Notes under the pieces: model-generated | What the model was told of the DNA's origin: nothing | Seen by the model: only the letters and a program-made list of their open reading frames with translations | Databases searched by the model: none | Part shown: positions 25,821-35,600 of the stretch, one piece after another | Layout: the number at the start of each line of letters is the position of its first letter | Position numbering within the stretch: the stretch's first letter is position 1 | Program-made: the position numbers and the translations under genes | DNA from: Marsupella aquatica | Lineage: Eukaryota > Plantae > Marchantiophyta | Reading direction: 5' to 3' | Assembly (NCBI GenBank): GCA_973895155.1 | Contig: OZ316892.1 | Coordinates: forward strand, 19,727,869-19,791,868 | Length of the DNA: 64,000 nucleotides

Positions 25821-28800
25821 ATGTTGGATTCGGGTTCCTCTTATCATGTGTGTCCAACGCAATCGTATTTCTCCACTTACCAACCTTGTACCGGTATTGT
25901 GGAAATCACAAATGGAGTCCGATGTGCGATTGTTGGCATGGGGACTATCAAATTCCGGATGTTTGATGGTGTTGTGCGAGCATTGACGCAAGTCAGACAC
26001 ATACCAGACATCTCTAAGAATTTGATTTCTCTTGGTGCTTTGGAAGCTAGTGGATCTCATTTCACCGCACGTGATGGTGCGCTCTTTGTCGTCAAAGATG
26101 ATGTATCTTTGATTAAGGCACTACTGCAGAATAATTTGTACATCTTGGAAGGAGATGTCATTGCTCCTAGAGTGGAGCATGTGGATTTTGTGGTGGAAAT
26201 TTCGGATGCAACGACAACATCTGCTATAGAATCATCTACAGCTGCTTCAATTGAAGCACCCTCAACATCTGGTCGCACACGAGCCATAGATTTGTGGCAT
26301 GCACGGTTGGGGCACTTGAGTGGTAAAGGATTGGCAGCCTTGGCAAACAGAGAATTGCTGCAAGGCGCTCAATCTGGTAAACTCTCTTTCTGTGAAGATT
26401 GCATCTTCGACAAGCAGAGGAGAGTGAGTTTCAGTTCTAGTTCATACCATTCTCATGATCTTGAGTATGTACATTCGGATGTTTGGGGTCCAGCACCGGA
26501 GCCGTCGTTGGGTGGAGCCAGATATTTTGTGACGTTTGTAGATGATTACTCTCGAATGTGTTGGTTGTACTACATGAAGGAGAAGTCTCAAGTCTTTGAG
26601 ATTTTCAAGGAGTGGAAAGCCATGGTAGAGCTACAAACTGGGAAGGAGTTGAAGTGTGTTCGGTCCGATAACGATGGCGAGTATAAGTCCAATGAGTTTG
26701 ATCAATTTGGTCGGGACCTTGGCCTCAAGCGTCATTACACTGTACCGGAGACCCCGCAGCAGAATGGAGTTGCAGAACGGTTGAATCGGACATTACTGGA
26801 GAAAGCACGCAGCATGCTATGTAAGTCCAAGTTGCCCAACAACTTTTGGGCTGAAGCTGTCAACCATGCTACATACATCTACAATCTGTCACCGCATAGT
26901 AGTAAGTTGATGCAGACTCCATTTGAGTTGTGGTATAAGAGACCTGCTGATTACTCTAGACTCCGAGTTTTTGGTTGTGCTACCTATTTTCACATTGAGC
27001 AGACACATAGGTCTAAGTTGGATCCCAAGTCTAAGAAATGTATTTTTCTAGGCTTTAGTCCTGGGCAGAAGGGCTATAAATTGTGGGATCCTGTCGATTG
27101 CAAGGCAGTTGTGAGCAGAAATGTTGTTTTTGAAAAAGAATGGTTGTCAAGACCCCGGGATATTCAGGAGGAACAGGTGGAGGAACCCACTACGGTGGAG
27201 CTTGGTGGTGATGAGGAAGCTGCTGGTCCCTTTGGTAGAGGAGCAATTCCTCAATCAAGGCGCTCCACTAGGGCCAATTTTGGCCAACCCCCTGATAGAT
27301 TTGGTTTTGCAGATCCTCGTGTTCACGTTGTTGAACATGACGATGATCCCGATGTTGTTTTGCTTACTGAAGATGGAGACCCCTCTAGCTATGAAGAAGC
27401 TATGGCCTCTCCAGAGAAGGATAAGTGGTTGGAGGCGATGTTGAAGGAGATGAATTCTTTGAAGAAGAATTCAACTTGGCGCTTAACTGACATGCCTCGC
27501 GGGAAAACACTGGTTCCGTGTAGATGGTTGTACAAGAGGAAGCAGGATGGCACTTACAAGGCACGCCTTGTGGCCAAAGGGTACACCCAGAAGGAGGGCT
27601 TGGACTACACAGAGATTTTCTCACCAGTTGTCAAACTCGCTACTATCCGTGTTTTACTTGCGATTGTGGCATTCTATGATCTTGAGTTAGATCAGATGGA
27701 TGTAATTACTGCTTTCCTGCATGGATTGCTTGATGTGGAGATTTATATGACTCAGCCTCCAGGTTTTATTGATGAGAAGACCAGACACTTGGTGTGTAAG
27801 CTCTTGCGCTCGTTATACGGATTGAAGCAGAGTCCCAGACAGTGGAATAAGCATTTTGATTCCTTCATGTTATCCCAGGGGTTCACACGAAGTGAACATG
27901 ATTGTTGTATTTACATGAAGGAGGTGGAGAATTACTCACGTTTTGGTTACATTGTGCTGGCATTGTACGTGGATGACATGCTGATCCTAGCTGAGAATAA
28001 GTCTGATGTTGCCCATCTGAAAGCAATGCTGAGTAAGGAGTTTTCAATGAAGGACTTGGGTCAGGCCAAGAAGATACTAGGGATGGAGATTCATCGTGAC
28101 AGGGAGCAAAGGCAATTATGGTTGTCTCAGAGGCAGTATTTGGAGAAGGTACTTGCCAAGTATGGAATGGAGAATGCAAAACCAGTTGGTACTCCATTGG
28201 CCTCCCACTTTAAACTCTCAAAGAATGATTGCCCTTCTAGTGAGAGTGATAGACTAGCGATGAAACATGTTCCCTATGATAGTGTTGTGGGTAGTTTGAT
28301 GTATGCTATGACATGCACTAGACCTGACATTGCCCACGTTGTTAGCATTTTGAGCAGATTTATGGCAAATCCTGGTAAGCTTCACTGGGAAGCAGTGAAG
28401 TGGGTTTTGCGGTATCTGAAAGGTACCTTAGAGTGTGGGATCTTATTTGACGGTAAAGCAGACTCTACATTAGAGTTGGAAGGTTTTGTAGATTCAGATT
28501 ATGCTGGTAACTTGGATAACAGGAAGTCTACTACAGGCTATGTGTTTATGCTGGGTGGAGGTTGTATCAGCTGGAAGTCGGCAACTCAATCTTGTGTTGC
28601 GTTGTCTACTACTGAGGCTGAGTACATGGTTGCATGTGAGGCAACCAAGGAGCTGATCTGGCTACGGAGATTGGTGAGTGATTTGGGTCTTTCACCTGAA
28701 AGACCGGTGCTGCTGTGCGACAGTCAAAGTGCTTTGCATCTGGCTAAGAACCCTGTGTTCCATGCCAGGACAAAGCACATTGACATTCGTTATCACTTCA

Positions 28801-28952
28801 TCCGTGAGGTGATTGAGACGAAACAGATGTTTCTGGAGAAGGTGGCTTCAGCGGAGAATGCAGCAAACATGCTTACCAAAGTTTTACCTACCAGTAGCTT
28901 TAGTCATTGTGTGGATATTATTAATGTTAGGGCCAAACCGGAGACTATGTAG
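25821..28952 (+). CDS. pol: Copia Pol (protease, integrase, reverse transcriptase, RNase H)
   Basis: (W)MLDSGSS protease; WHARLGH and CEDC zinc finger; HSDVWG, SDN and QNGVAER integrase; KARLVAKG, LYGLKQ and YVDD RT; DSDYAG and TKHID RNase H. Different frame from gag. Confidence 0.93.
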   Translation: MLDSGSSYHVCPTQSYFSTYQPCTGIVEITNGVRCAIVGMGTIKFRMFDGVVRALTQVRHIPDISKNLISLGALEASGSHFTARDGALFVVKDDVSLIKALLQNNLYILEGDVIAPRVEHVDFVVEISDATTTSAIESSTAASIEAPSTSGRTRAIDLWHARLGHLSGKGLAALANRELLQGAQSGKLSFCEDCIFDKQRRVSFSSSSYHSHDLEYVHSDVWGPAPEPSLGGARYFVTFVDDYSRMCWLYYMKEKSQVFEIFKEWKAMVELQTGKELKCVRSDNDGEYKSNEFDQFGRDLGLKRHYTVPETPQQNGVAERLNRTLLEKARSMLCKSKLPNNFWAEAVNHATYIYNLSPHSSKLMQTPFELWYKRPADYSRLRVFGCATYFHIEQTHRSKLDPKSKKCIFLGFSPGQKGYKLWDPVDCKAVVSRNVVFEKEWLSRPRDIQEEQVEEPTTVELGGDEEAAGPFGRGAIPQSRRSTRANFGQPPDRFGFADPRVHVVEHDDDPDVVLLTEDGDPSSYEEAMASPEKDKWLEAMLKEMNSLKKNSTWRLTDMPRGKTLVPCRWLYKRKQDGTYKARLVAKGYTQKEGLDYTEIFSPVVKLATIRVLLAIVAFYDLELDQMDVITAFLHGLLDVEIYMTQPPGFIDEKTRHLVCKLLRSLYGLKQSPRQWNKHFDSFMLSQGFTRSEHDCCIYMKEVENYSRFGYIVLALYVDDMLILAENKSDVAHLKAMLSKEFSMKDLGQAKKILGMEIHRDREQRQLWLSQRQYLEKVLAKYGMENAKPVGTPLASHFKLSKNDCPSSESDRLAMKHVPYDSVVGSLMYAMTCTRPDIAHVVSILSRFMANPGKLHWEAVKWVLRYLKGTLECGILFDGKADSTLELEGFVDSDYAGNLDNRKSTTGYVFMLGGGCISWKSATQSCVALSTTEAEYMVACEATKELIWLRRLVSDLGLSPERPVLLCDSQSALHLAKNPVFHARTKHIDIRYHFIREVIETKQMFLEKVASAENAANMLTKVLPTSSFSHCVDIINVRAKPETM

Positions 28953-29008
28953 ATATGTTACTTAGTTACGTATTGTATATCACCTGACTCATTGTGTGAA
29001 CTGGAGTC

Positions 29009-29018
29009 AAGGTGGAGA
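29009..29018 (+). other. Polypurine tract
   Basis: AAGGTGGAGA immediately before the 3' LTR. Confidence 0.75.
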
Positions 29019-29019
29019 T

Positions 29020-29313
29020 TGTTAGGAATTGACTCGAGTTCCCGACTTAGTTTATTTTGGCCTTACTAGGGTTAGTTAACCCTAGATTACATTAGGATAA
29101 GATCCGCTTTGTTTAGGCCCACTCATCTTGGCCCCCTTGGGGGGTATAGGCTGGAGGGAGACCACTTTCTCCCTCATTCTTCACATGTACTCTCATTTGC
29201 TATTGAGCCTTCAGGAGTTTCTCCACTCGGGGTGTCTCGTCGGTGTAGCGTCTGATTGAGTGTCTCTCATGTTTCCGCATTGCTGTCTAGTCCGGAGCTG
29301 ACGGTTTCTTACA
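29020..29313 (+). repeat. 3' LTR
   Basis: Copy of 23008-23301, followed by TSD CTTGA. Confidence 0.95.
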
Positions 29314-29873
29314 CTTGACACTGGGCTTGACACTCCTTTCAGGTCATATGCCGTAATATACACTCGTTCAATTGTTGCCCACCCTCCATGCCTACCACTT
29401 ACCGGAAGTGCATGGTGAAGTACGTAGGAGCATCCCCTTGGGACTAAGACATGGCCCAGCCTCCCACGGGAGGCTGTAGTGGGGAATCTTGGACAATGGG
29501 GGAAAGCCTGATCCAGCGATATGGTGTGAGTGAAGAAGCCGGCTCCTTCTCTTCATCATTTTGATACGCATTCCTATAACCATTTGTAGATGCATAATTC
29601 CCAGTAATTCTAACGGGGAGCACCCACCACCGGAGAGGTGGGCGACCATGAACCTCTTTGCTTCTCTGCACAGAATAGTGGGAAAAGCAACTAAAAAATA
29701 CTATTTGTTAATTTTTGACTTTTTTTTGGGTTGCTTTCCCTCAATTATAAATACATCATAAAGAATCGAATCATATGGAATGGGGCCCTAGTACTATAAT
29801 ATGGATAACTTTAGTAATCGTAAGCATATTTCCATACGCCCTGAAACAAAGGGAACCTTATGTTTCTAGAGGT

Positions 29874-30570
29874 TGTTGAGCATAGACGACATTCGCAACG
29901 GCAAGCCCATGAACCATCCAACGCACAATAGTTGACATAGAGAGATACGTGGTTCATGGGCTTGCCGTTGCGAATGTCGTCTATGCTCAACAAGTGGTAT
30001 CAGAGCATGCCTGGGAGGTGATGAGGTTTTTTCATGACGGGTTTTCCAGCGTTCATTGTCGGTGGTACATTCGGAGTTTCGTCGCATGAAACTTGAATGT
30101 GTGTGGCTGAGCGGATAGGTTAGTGAGAGGGCTTTCTAACGGTGGTTAGAACTCGTTGATTGGTATCCGTGGTGCGGAGGAATCAAAGTTTGCATCGTTC
30201 AGGGTTTATTTGTGTTCGACATTATTTTGGGGGAGAGTCCAGAGTTTGCATTTTCAACGGTGTGAGTTGTGCGGTGATCGGGAGATCGTACATTATAGCT
30301 CAAGTTGAAGGTTGACGCGAGCTGGTCATTTCGGTAGCTGGATTGTTGTCAAGTTGTTACCGAGTGCGACGTGACGAGTGAAGGAGGCGTTCAGGTTTTT
30401 TCACAAGCTATGGAGCTTATTCCCGTCTGAACCGGGTTTCTCTTTGTGACGTCCAACTCGGTGGAAGAAATGCGAAGTGCTACGGCTCAGCGGTTTGATC
30501 GCGGCGAGGCGGTCGTTTTGAGCCCGGGATTGATCAGTGATTTCACTAATTCTGGAAATTCTTTTTTCCA
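29874..30570 (+). mobile_element. Truncated LTR retrotransposon 5' end: 119-bp hairpin LTR, PBS and leader
   Basis: TGTTG...CAACA (29874-29992) followed by AG-TGGTATCAGAGC (PBS 29995-30006). No second LTR seen; right boundary is approximate. Confidence 0.6.
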
Positions 30571-30866
30571 AAGTGGCTTGGTAAAATTTCCAAATTAAAT
30601 AAATACATTATCCAACAACCTTAAATGAAGTTTCCAAAACTTGGAACTGGAATTTCTAGAACACTCTTTCAAGTTTCCTAAACACCAGTTGAAATTTCCA
30701 AATCCATGTAAAATACATTTTTGGCATACGAATTTGGTGGAGAATAGTCACATGAGTAATGTCACATTTCAATTCATTGTCACCCACTAACAGGAACCAT
30801 ACAGAAGTCCATAACAATTGTTTACTTATAATAGGCCTCCCCTCAATATTACAAGTCTCCAAATTT

Positions 30867-31893
30867 TTAAATAATGATCATTGAATGTGTGTTGCTACAA
30901 AACATATTTGAGTAAGTAAGTCTACTTCCTGACTTATCAAACTTTCTATCTCGGTTGCAAGCGTCTTTAGGATACAAGTTTCTAAACTTAGAAGTAAGGT
31001 CCCTAGTTTTTAGGACTTCCCAAACAAATTGCCGCTTATTTTGCAAATATGGGCCGGAATAACCATCTCCAAGCAGACCTTTAGCAATTGAATTGATGTC
31101 ACGGTCACTCATATCCTGCACCGGTGGCAAACTTTGCACGGTATGCTTCACTTCCCAGGAAATCTTGTCTGCCGAGTGATCAAGGACAGTGAAATTATTG
31201 ACGATGCCAGCAACGCGGTGCCCCCAGGCTTGAGTGAGTCCTGCAAAGATATCACAATGCCTCCTTTGGGCTTCACCCTTATTGTAGGCGGACCATTTTG
31301 GGTAGTTAACAGTGGCTTACATGAAAGTGGAAGCAATATCTCCATCAAAAAAGTGTCGCCTCCCATGTTGTGAACAAATGGAACTGGAAACAACGTGTTA
31401 ACATTTGGATTCGCGAAACACTTTAGAGGAGAGTCATCGATGAGAACAGTATTTGTCGGACCATATCTATTGCCAAAACAATCCCAAACAGTTTGGATTT
31501 CCTTGAGAAGTATGTTTGCCTTCCCATCCGTAATATCTGACCTCAAAAAGCCAATGTCAAACGTTTCTTCTTGGGTGAATACAAACTTGAACTGCTTTCG
31601 TTCAGCATCGTTGAAAACAAGATCCATCATTTCATTTGTTCTCGGCCTTCCCGCACAAGTCCAAATCGCAACATCGTAATACCTGAAAATCACTTGTAAA
31701 AATTTGTGAAGTCCTGGACGCTCCACATACATAAATGTGTTCCCGCCCCGTCTTCCCTAGTGAATGCCGCTCACAGATGTGAGCCTCCGAAATGGTCCGG
31801 AGATTTTACTCTTTACAAAATCCAAACAAACCTTATTAAGGTAAAAAAATCAAGAGCTTTCGCTTGATCTCTGAGTGGAGTTTGGGAACAAAC
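30867..31893 (-). pseudogene. NIF/FCP1-like HAD phosphatase domain (outer element cargo), frameshifted
   Basis: KRKLLIF(fs)YLNK...YVERPGLHKFL...YDVAIWT...KEIQTVW...NTVLIDDSPLKCFANP. Contains a stop and two frameshifts. Confidence 0.75.
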
Positions 31894-32005
31894 TCTGCAA
31901 ACATAAAAATATTGAATCCGAATGGTTAGTCATTGGAACAGTCTTGACCAAAGACCATTTGAAGTCAACTAAGTCCTTGAAATCAAATACCCCGTCTGTC
32001 ACCCT

Positions 32006-33613
32006 CTACACGCGTCTCGTGCAAAAATCACTGTATTGCGGAGGAAAGCTCAATCTATTCCTGAATAGACTTAAAACGATTTCTCTCCTCTCCAAATCTA
32101 TGTCCTCTCCTGTGAAATCAAAAGGAAGGTCCAAACTACGGTAGTTCGCAAACTTCATAACGAACACACCACAATTATAGTAATCAGTTTGTCTTGGGAT
32201 GTCCTTGGGACTATGTTTTGGCCATAGAGTAGCTAAGACTTGCTTGTGACTTCTGCTTTGAATTTCATCCTCGACATATCTGGCTAAGTTTTCAAGAACC
32301 TCTGGCCTATTGTTATGCAGAGAATCAAGATATTCTAAATGCTTGTGTTCCATGTCAATCACAACTAACGCCCAATGATCGCCACCTTTGTGAATGGGGA
32401 CGAATATTCGATGACAATCAATTAAGAAATATTTCAGTCGTGAAGTCCAAGCCTCCACGGATCGGTAAGAGTAGCCATTCAACGTCAGTGCAGTATAGAA
32501 CCAAGTGTCAAACACATGGCACTTTAGAAGCTCCCTGTCGGAATGTTTATTCCTCTCCACTATGAGACTTAAGTAGGCATTTAGAATATCAGAACTTATC
32601 CAATTTCTAGGACTCAGGCACCTCATCTGTCCACGAGTTATTAGGCACCCATTAGTCATGACTAGAACCGCATCCTGATCCAACAGATCACTGAGGCAAT
32701 TGTCAATCCTCGTTTTGTTATCCATTGGATCCGGAGACGGGAGAGGACATTTGTTTATGTTTAGAAATTTATGACTTGAGACAAGAGAGAGGGAATTGGC
32801 ACATGCCTCATTGGTTGCCTCTGCACGATTGACTCGCCTCTCTGACACCTCAGGAAGATTCGCTGTGAGAGAAAATGAGTTATCATTCTCTCCTGTTACT
32901 TCAGCGCTACGAGAGTCAACATTGTCATCGCATTGAAATTCAATCGGAGTGTGATCTTTTTCCACAATCCCAACCTCCTCCACAACAATCTCTTTTAAGG
33001 GTCCACAATCCACCACCCCCTTCTCGACATCCTCGAGTGTAGTTTTTGCCTCACAATCATCAAAAACTGGGCCACTTCGAAGAACTAAAGCATCAACCAG
33101 AAGAGATTGCTCAACACCTCTGTTGCACTCTAACCCTGGAGGGTCAAACGAATTTTGAGGATCTACACGATACGTGTGTAGGGAGACATCATCCACAACA
33201 TCTTCCAAAGTTTTGTTGAACGCAATCAACCCCGTGCCCGCCTGTAAGTTTTCAGAATTATCTGCCAAACCATAACCTCCTTCAGCCATTAGAAGAGGAA
33301 ATCCTTCACGACTTGCAATTGGAACGACTGATGGACCAATTCTCATCTCCCCAATGGAACTTAGAAACTTTTCCTCCGCTTTCACCCCGACGTAATGTAA
33401 AACTGTACCGGCAATCTGATATTGCTGGCCCTCTTTTGCTCCACTAGCATTGGAGTTCTGAGTCGAACTCCCTTCAAGGCCAGGAGGTTTCCACAATGAT
33501 TTGGCGAATTGTGCAACTGGAACTAACAATTTAAGATTCTCTGCATAAGCCGTGAGGTCACAGACATCCTCACGGTCAGAGCAGAATGAAAAACACTCAC
33601 GCTCAAGCATCAA
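32006..33613 (-). CDS. Ulp1/C48 SUMO-protease domain preceded by an acidic linker (outer element cargo)
   Basis: WISSDILNAYL, FDTWFY, FVPIHKGGDHWALVVID, YLDSL, PRQTDYYNCGVF. Catalytic His, Asp, Gln and Cys are present. Confidence 0.9.
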   Translation of the reverse strand: MMLERECFSFCSDREDVCDLTAYAENLKLLVPVAQFAKSLWKPPGLEGSSTQNSNASGAKEGQQYQIAGTVLHYVGVKAEEKFLSSIGEMRIGPSVVPIASREGFPLLMAEGGYGLADNSENLQAGTGLIAFNKTLEDVVDDVSLHTYRVDPQNSFDPPGLECNRGVEQSLLVDALVLRSGPVFDDCEAKTTLEDVEKGVVDCGPLKEIVVEEVGIVEKDHTPIEFQCDDNVDSRSAEVTGENDNSFSLTANLPEVSERRVNRAEATNEACANSLSLVSSHKFLNINKCPLPSPDPMDNKTRIDNCLSDLLDQDAVLVMTNGCLITRGQMRCLSPRNWISSDILNAYLSLIVERNKHSDRELLKCHVFDTWFYTALTLNGYSYRSVEAWTSRLKYFLIDCHRIFVPIHKGGDHWALVVIDMEHKHLEYLDSLHNNRPEVLENLARYVEDEIQSRSHKQVLATLWPKHSPKDIPRQTDYYNCGVFVMKFANYRSLDLPFDFTGEDIDLERREIVLSLFRNRLSFPPQYSDFCTRRV

Positions 33614-34300
33614 TGCATTCTTTGGTACCTGCCCTCCTATGAAAAAATCCAGGACAATTTCCTCCCTCGAAGAAAATGCATGAATAAAACTCTACAGGAT
33701 GCGACTGGGCTTAATATTCAATGTGAATGGCCGTCCAGTTGTCAATTTGAAAGGAACAAGGCCTTCAAGTCGTGAGATCAATGTGTCCCTTTTTTTCTCC
33801 TGCATATCTTCCTTCAAAATATCAGAATAATCCTCTCGACTTGGCTTGATTGTCTCCTCCAGGTCGGACTCCTCCAACACAAAGTGACCGGTAAAATCCT
33901 TGAAATGCTTTTCCCAATCAGGAACCCGATCTTGGGAGACGCCAAGGAAAAGAACCATGTCCGCATTGCCTCTCATGTGTTGCAAAGGAGCATTAACCAA
34001 ATAACTCATGAACGAACCATATTCAAGGTGCGCATTATAGTTCTCCGGGAGATCTCGAATAGCTTCAATTATTCTTGCAAGAATAATACCAGGACAAACA
34101 AAAAAAACAGCTGTTACCAGATCATTTGTTGGGATATTCACGACGATCTTCAAGAAGTTCAAGATTTCGGACTGCGTCCAAACCGGTTTTCCAGTATGGG
34201 TCAAATCAACAATCGCTAGAGATGCCAATATTGACTCGCAACTAGCCGAATCAAAAGGAGGATCAGCAGATGCGAGCAGATTTCCAGTATAGAATATTCA
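33560..34300 (-). pseudogene. Degenerate beta-class N6/N4 DNA methyltransferase-like domain (outer element cargo)
   Basis: Reading through in-frame stops at 34298 and 33692 gives IFYTGNLL...SLAIVDLTH...KPSRIL*SFIHAFSSREEIVLDFFIGG...ALMLERECFSF, which resembles KP..L...I..FS..GD.VLDPF.G.G....A..LGR. Confidence 0.55.
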
Positions 34301-35044
34301 GTAAGGATCCATCCTTGCGCGGAGATGGACGCCAAACCTCTTTTGATGAATATTTCTCAACCTATTTTTCAGTGGCTCCGGCATCTCTGCTTTTAATGAC
34401 ACCTTCACAAGGCTCTTGAAATATCCAGTGTCCACCATTGCACAACAACGATCCAATTCCTCATCTGTGAAATTATATTGCTGAACTACATCACCCCAAG
34501 TTGATCCTTGCGAGAAAACCCCTTCGTACTTCTCCCGATAAAATTGAAGTATTGCCCCCTTAAGTTTGTCAGTATACTTTGCTTGTCTTGCCAATTCTGA
34601 CATGGCGGGAAGATCAGTCAAAGCATGTTTCTTTTTCATCAAAAGCGCCTCCCCCAAATTCAGTTTGTGGAGGATTTCCAAGATGTTGGATTCTACGGCA
34701 CCCTCAAAAACCCGGAATGTTGTCCCTGTCAACTGTTTTGCTTCTTTCAATTTTCCAATCATTTGTCCGGTTGAATCCAAAAGATTACCCTTGAGCCAAT
34801 TATTGCAAACCTCTCTCCATAAAGAGTAGAGCTTCTCGGGAGCAAACAAAATCCAATTGTACTCGCTGATGCTATTCACCTTTAACGTAACTTTCGCAAG
34901 TGTTTCATACTCCTGGGAGGAAAGACCAAACAACTCAAAGTTAGTCAGCTCAAAGTTTTGAATCCCAAAATACTGGAAAGGCTCTACACGACTCTCGCGT
35001 AGAAAGGAGAGAAGGACAAAGTGTCTGAATTTTGTTCACAACTC

Positions 35045-35600
35045 TCATGGAGAACCAACCTGAAATTCTGGAGATTTCCGACCCGATGGAAGTGGACGAG
35101 CTGGTCGCCCCATATCATTGTATTGCATTCTTGCATGTTTCACTTGGTCAATAAATGGAGATGAAAACCGATGTGCCTCCGCCTGAAGGTGGTTCGCGTG
35201 TGAAATTTCCACAAGAACTTTCACCGGAGTTGACCCTTTGAGAATTTGCGCTCGACGATATTTGAGCAAATTGGCTGTTTGCATGAGAGATGGTTGGGTC
35301 TTTGAACTCCGGATAATTTTCTTGGCGGCCATTGTGGAATGTTGACCACTGATGGCAAAGAACTTGAATTCCGCAAGCTTCTTGGTGTCAATATCCTTTC
35401 CCGCAAGGTCAATTAAACTCGGTACTCCGTCGATCATCTTGTAAGGAACCAAATCTGCAGGTAAAGGTTCTTGCCCTGCATTTGTCATCATCAGTTGCGC
35501 AAGATGGTTGACATGCTCCTCATTGAGGAGTCTCTCATTCATCTTTGCAGGAGGGGGATGGATGTTTTCAACCGGGACAATAAAAAAATTTGGATATCCC
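35045..35600 (-). pseudogene. ParB/sulfiredoxin-like domain (outer element cargo)
   Basis: ERLLNEEHVNHLAQLM...PADLVP...FFAISGQHSTMAAKKI...YRRAQIL matches the ParB/Srx pattern (R...V..L..S...I.DG.HR..A). Confidence 0.6.

Larger units (their letters stand above)
23008..29313 (+). mobile_element. Full-length Ty1/copia LTR retrotransposon
   Basis: Two 294-bp TG...CA LTRs, 5-bp TSD CTTGA (23003-23007 and 29314-29318), PBS, PPT, and gag-PR-IN-RT-RH domain order. Confidence 0.97.

Noticed and set aside
34253-34264. DPPF tetrapeptide as the catalytic motif of the outer MTase
   Set aside because: It lacks the preceding hydrophobic beta-strand. By pattern, motif IV aligns better with SLAIVDLTH downstream. 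Probably coincidental, though only an alignment can settle it.
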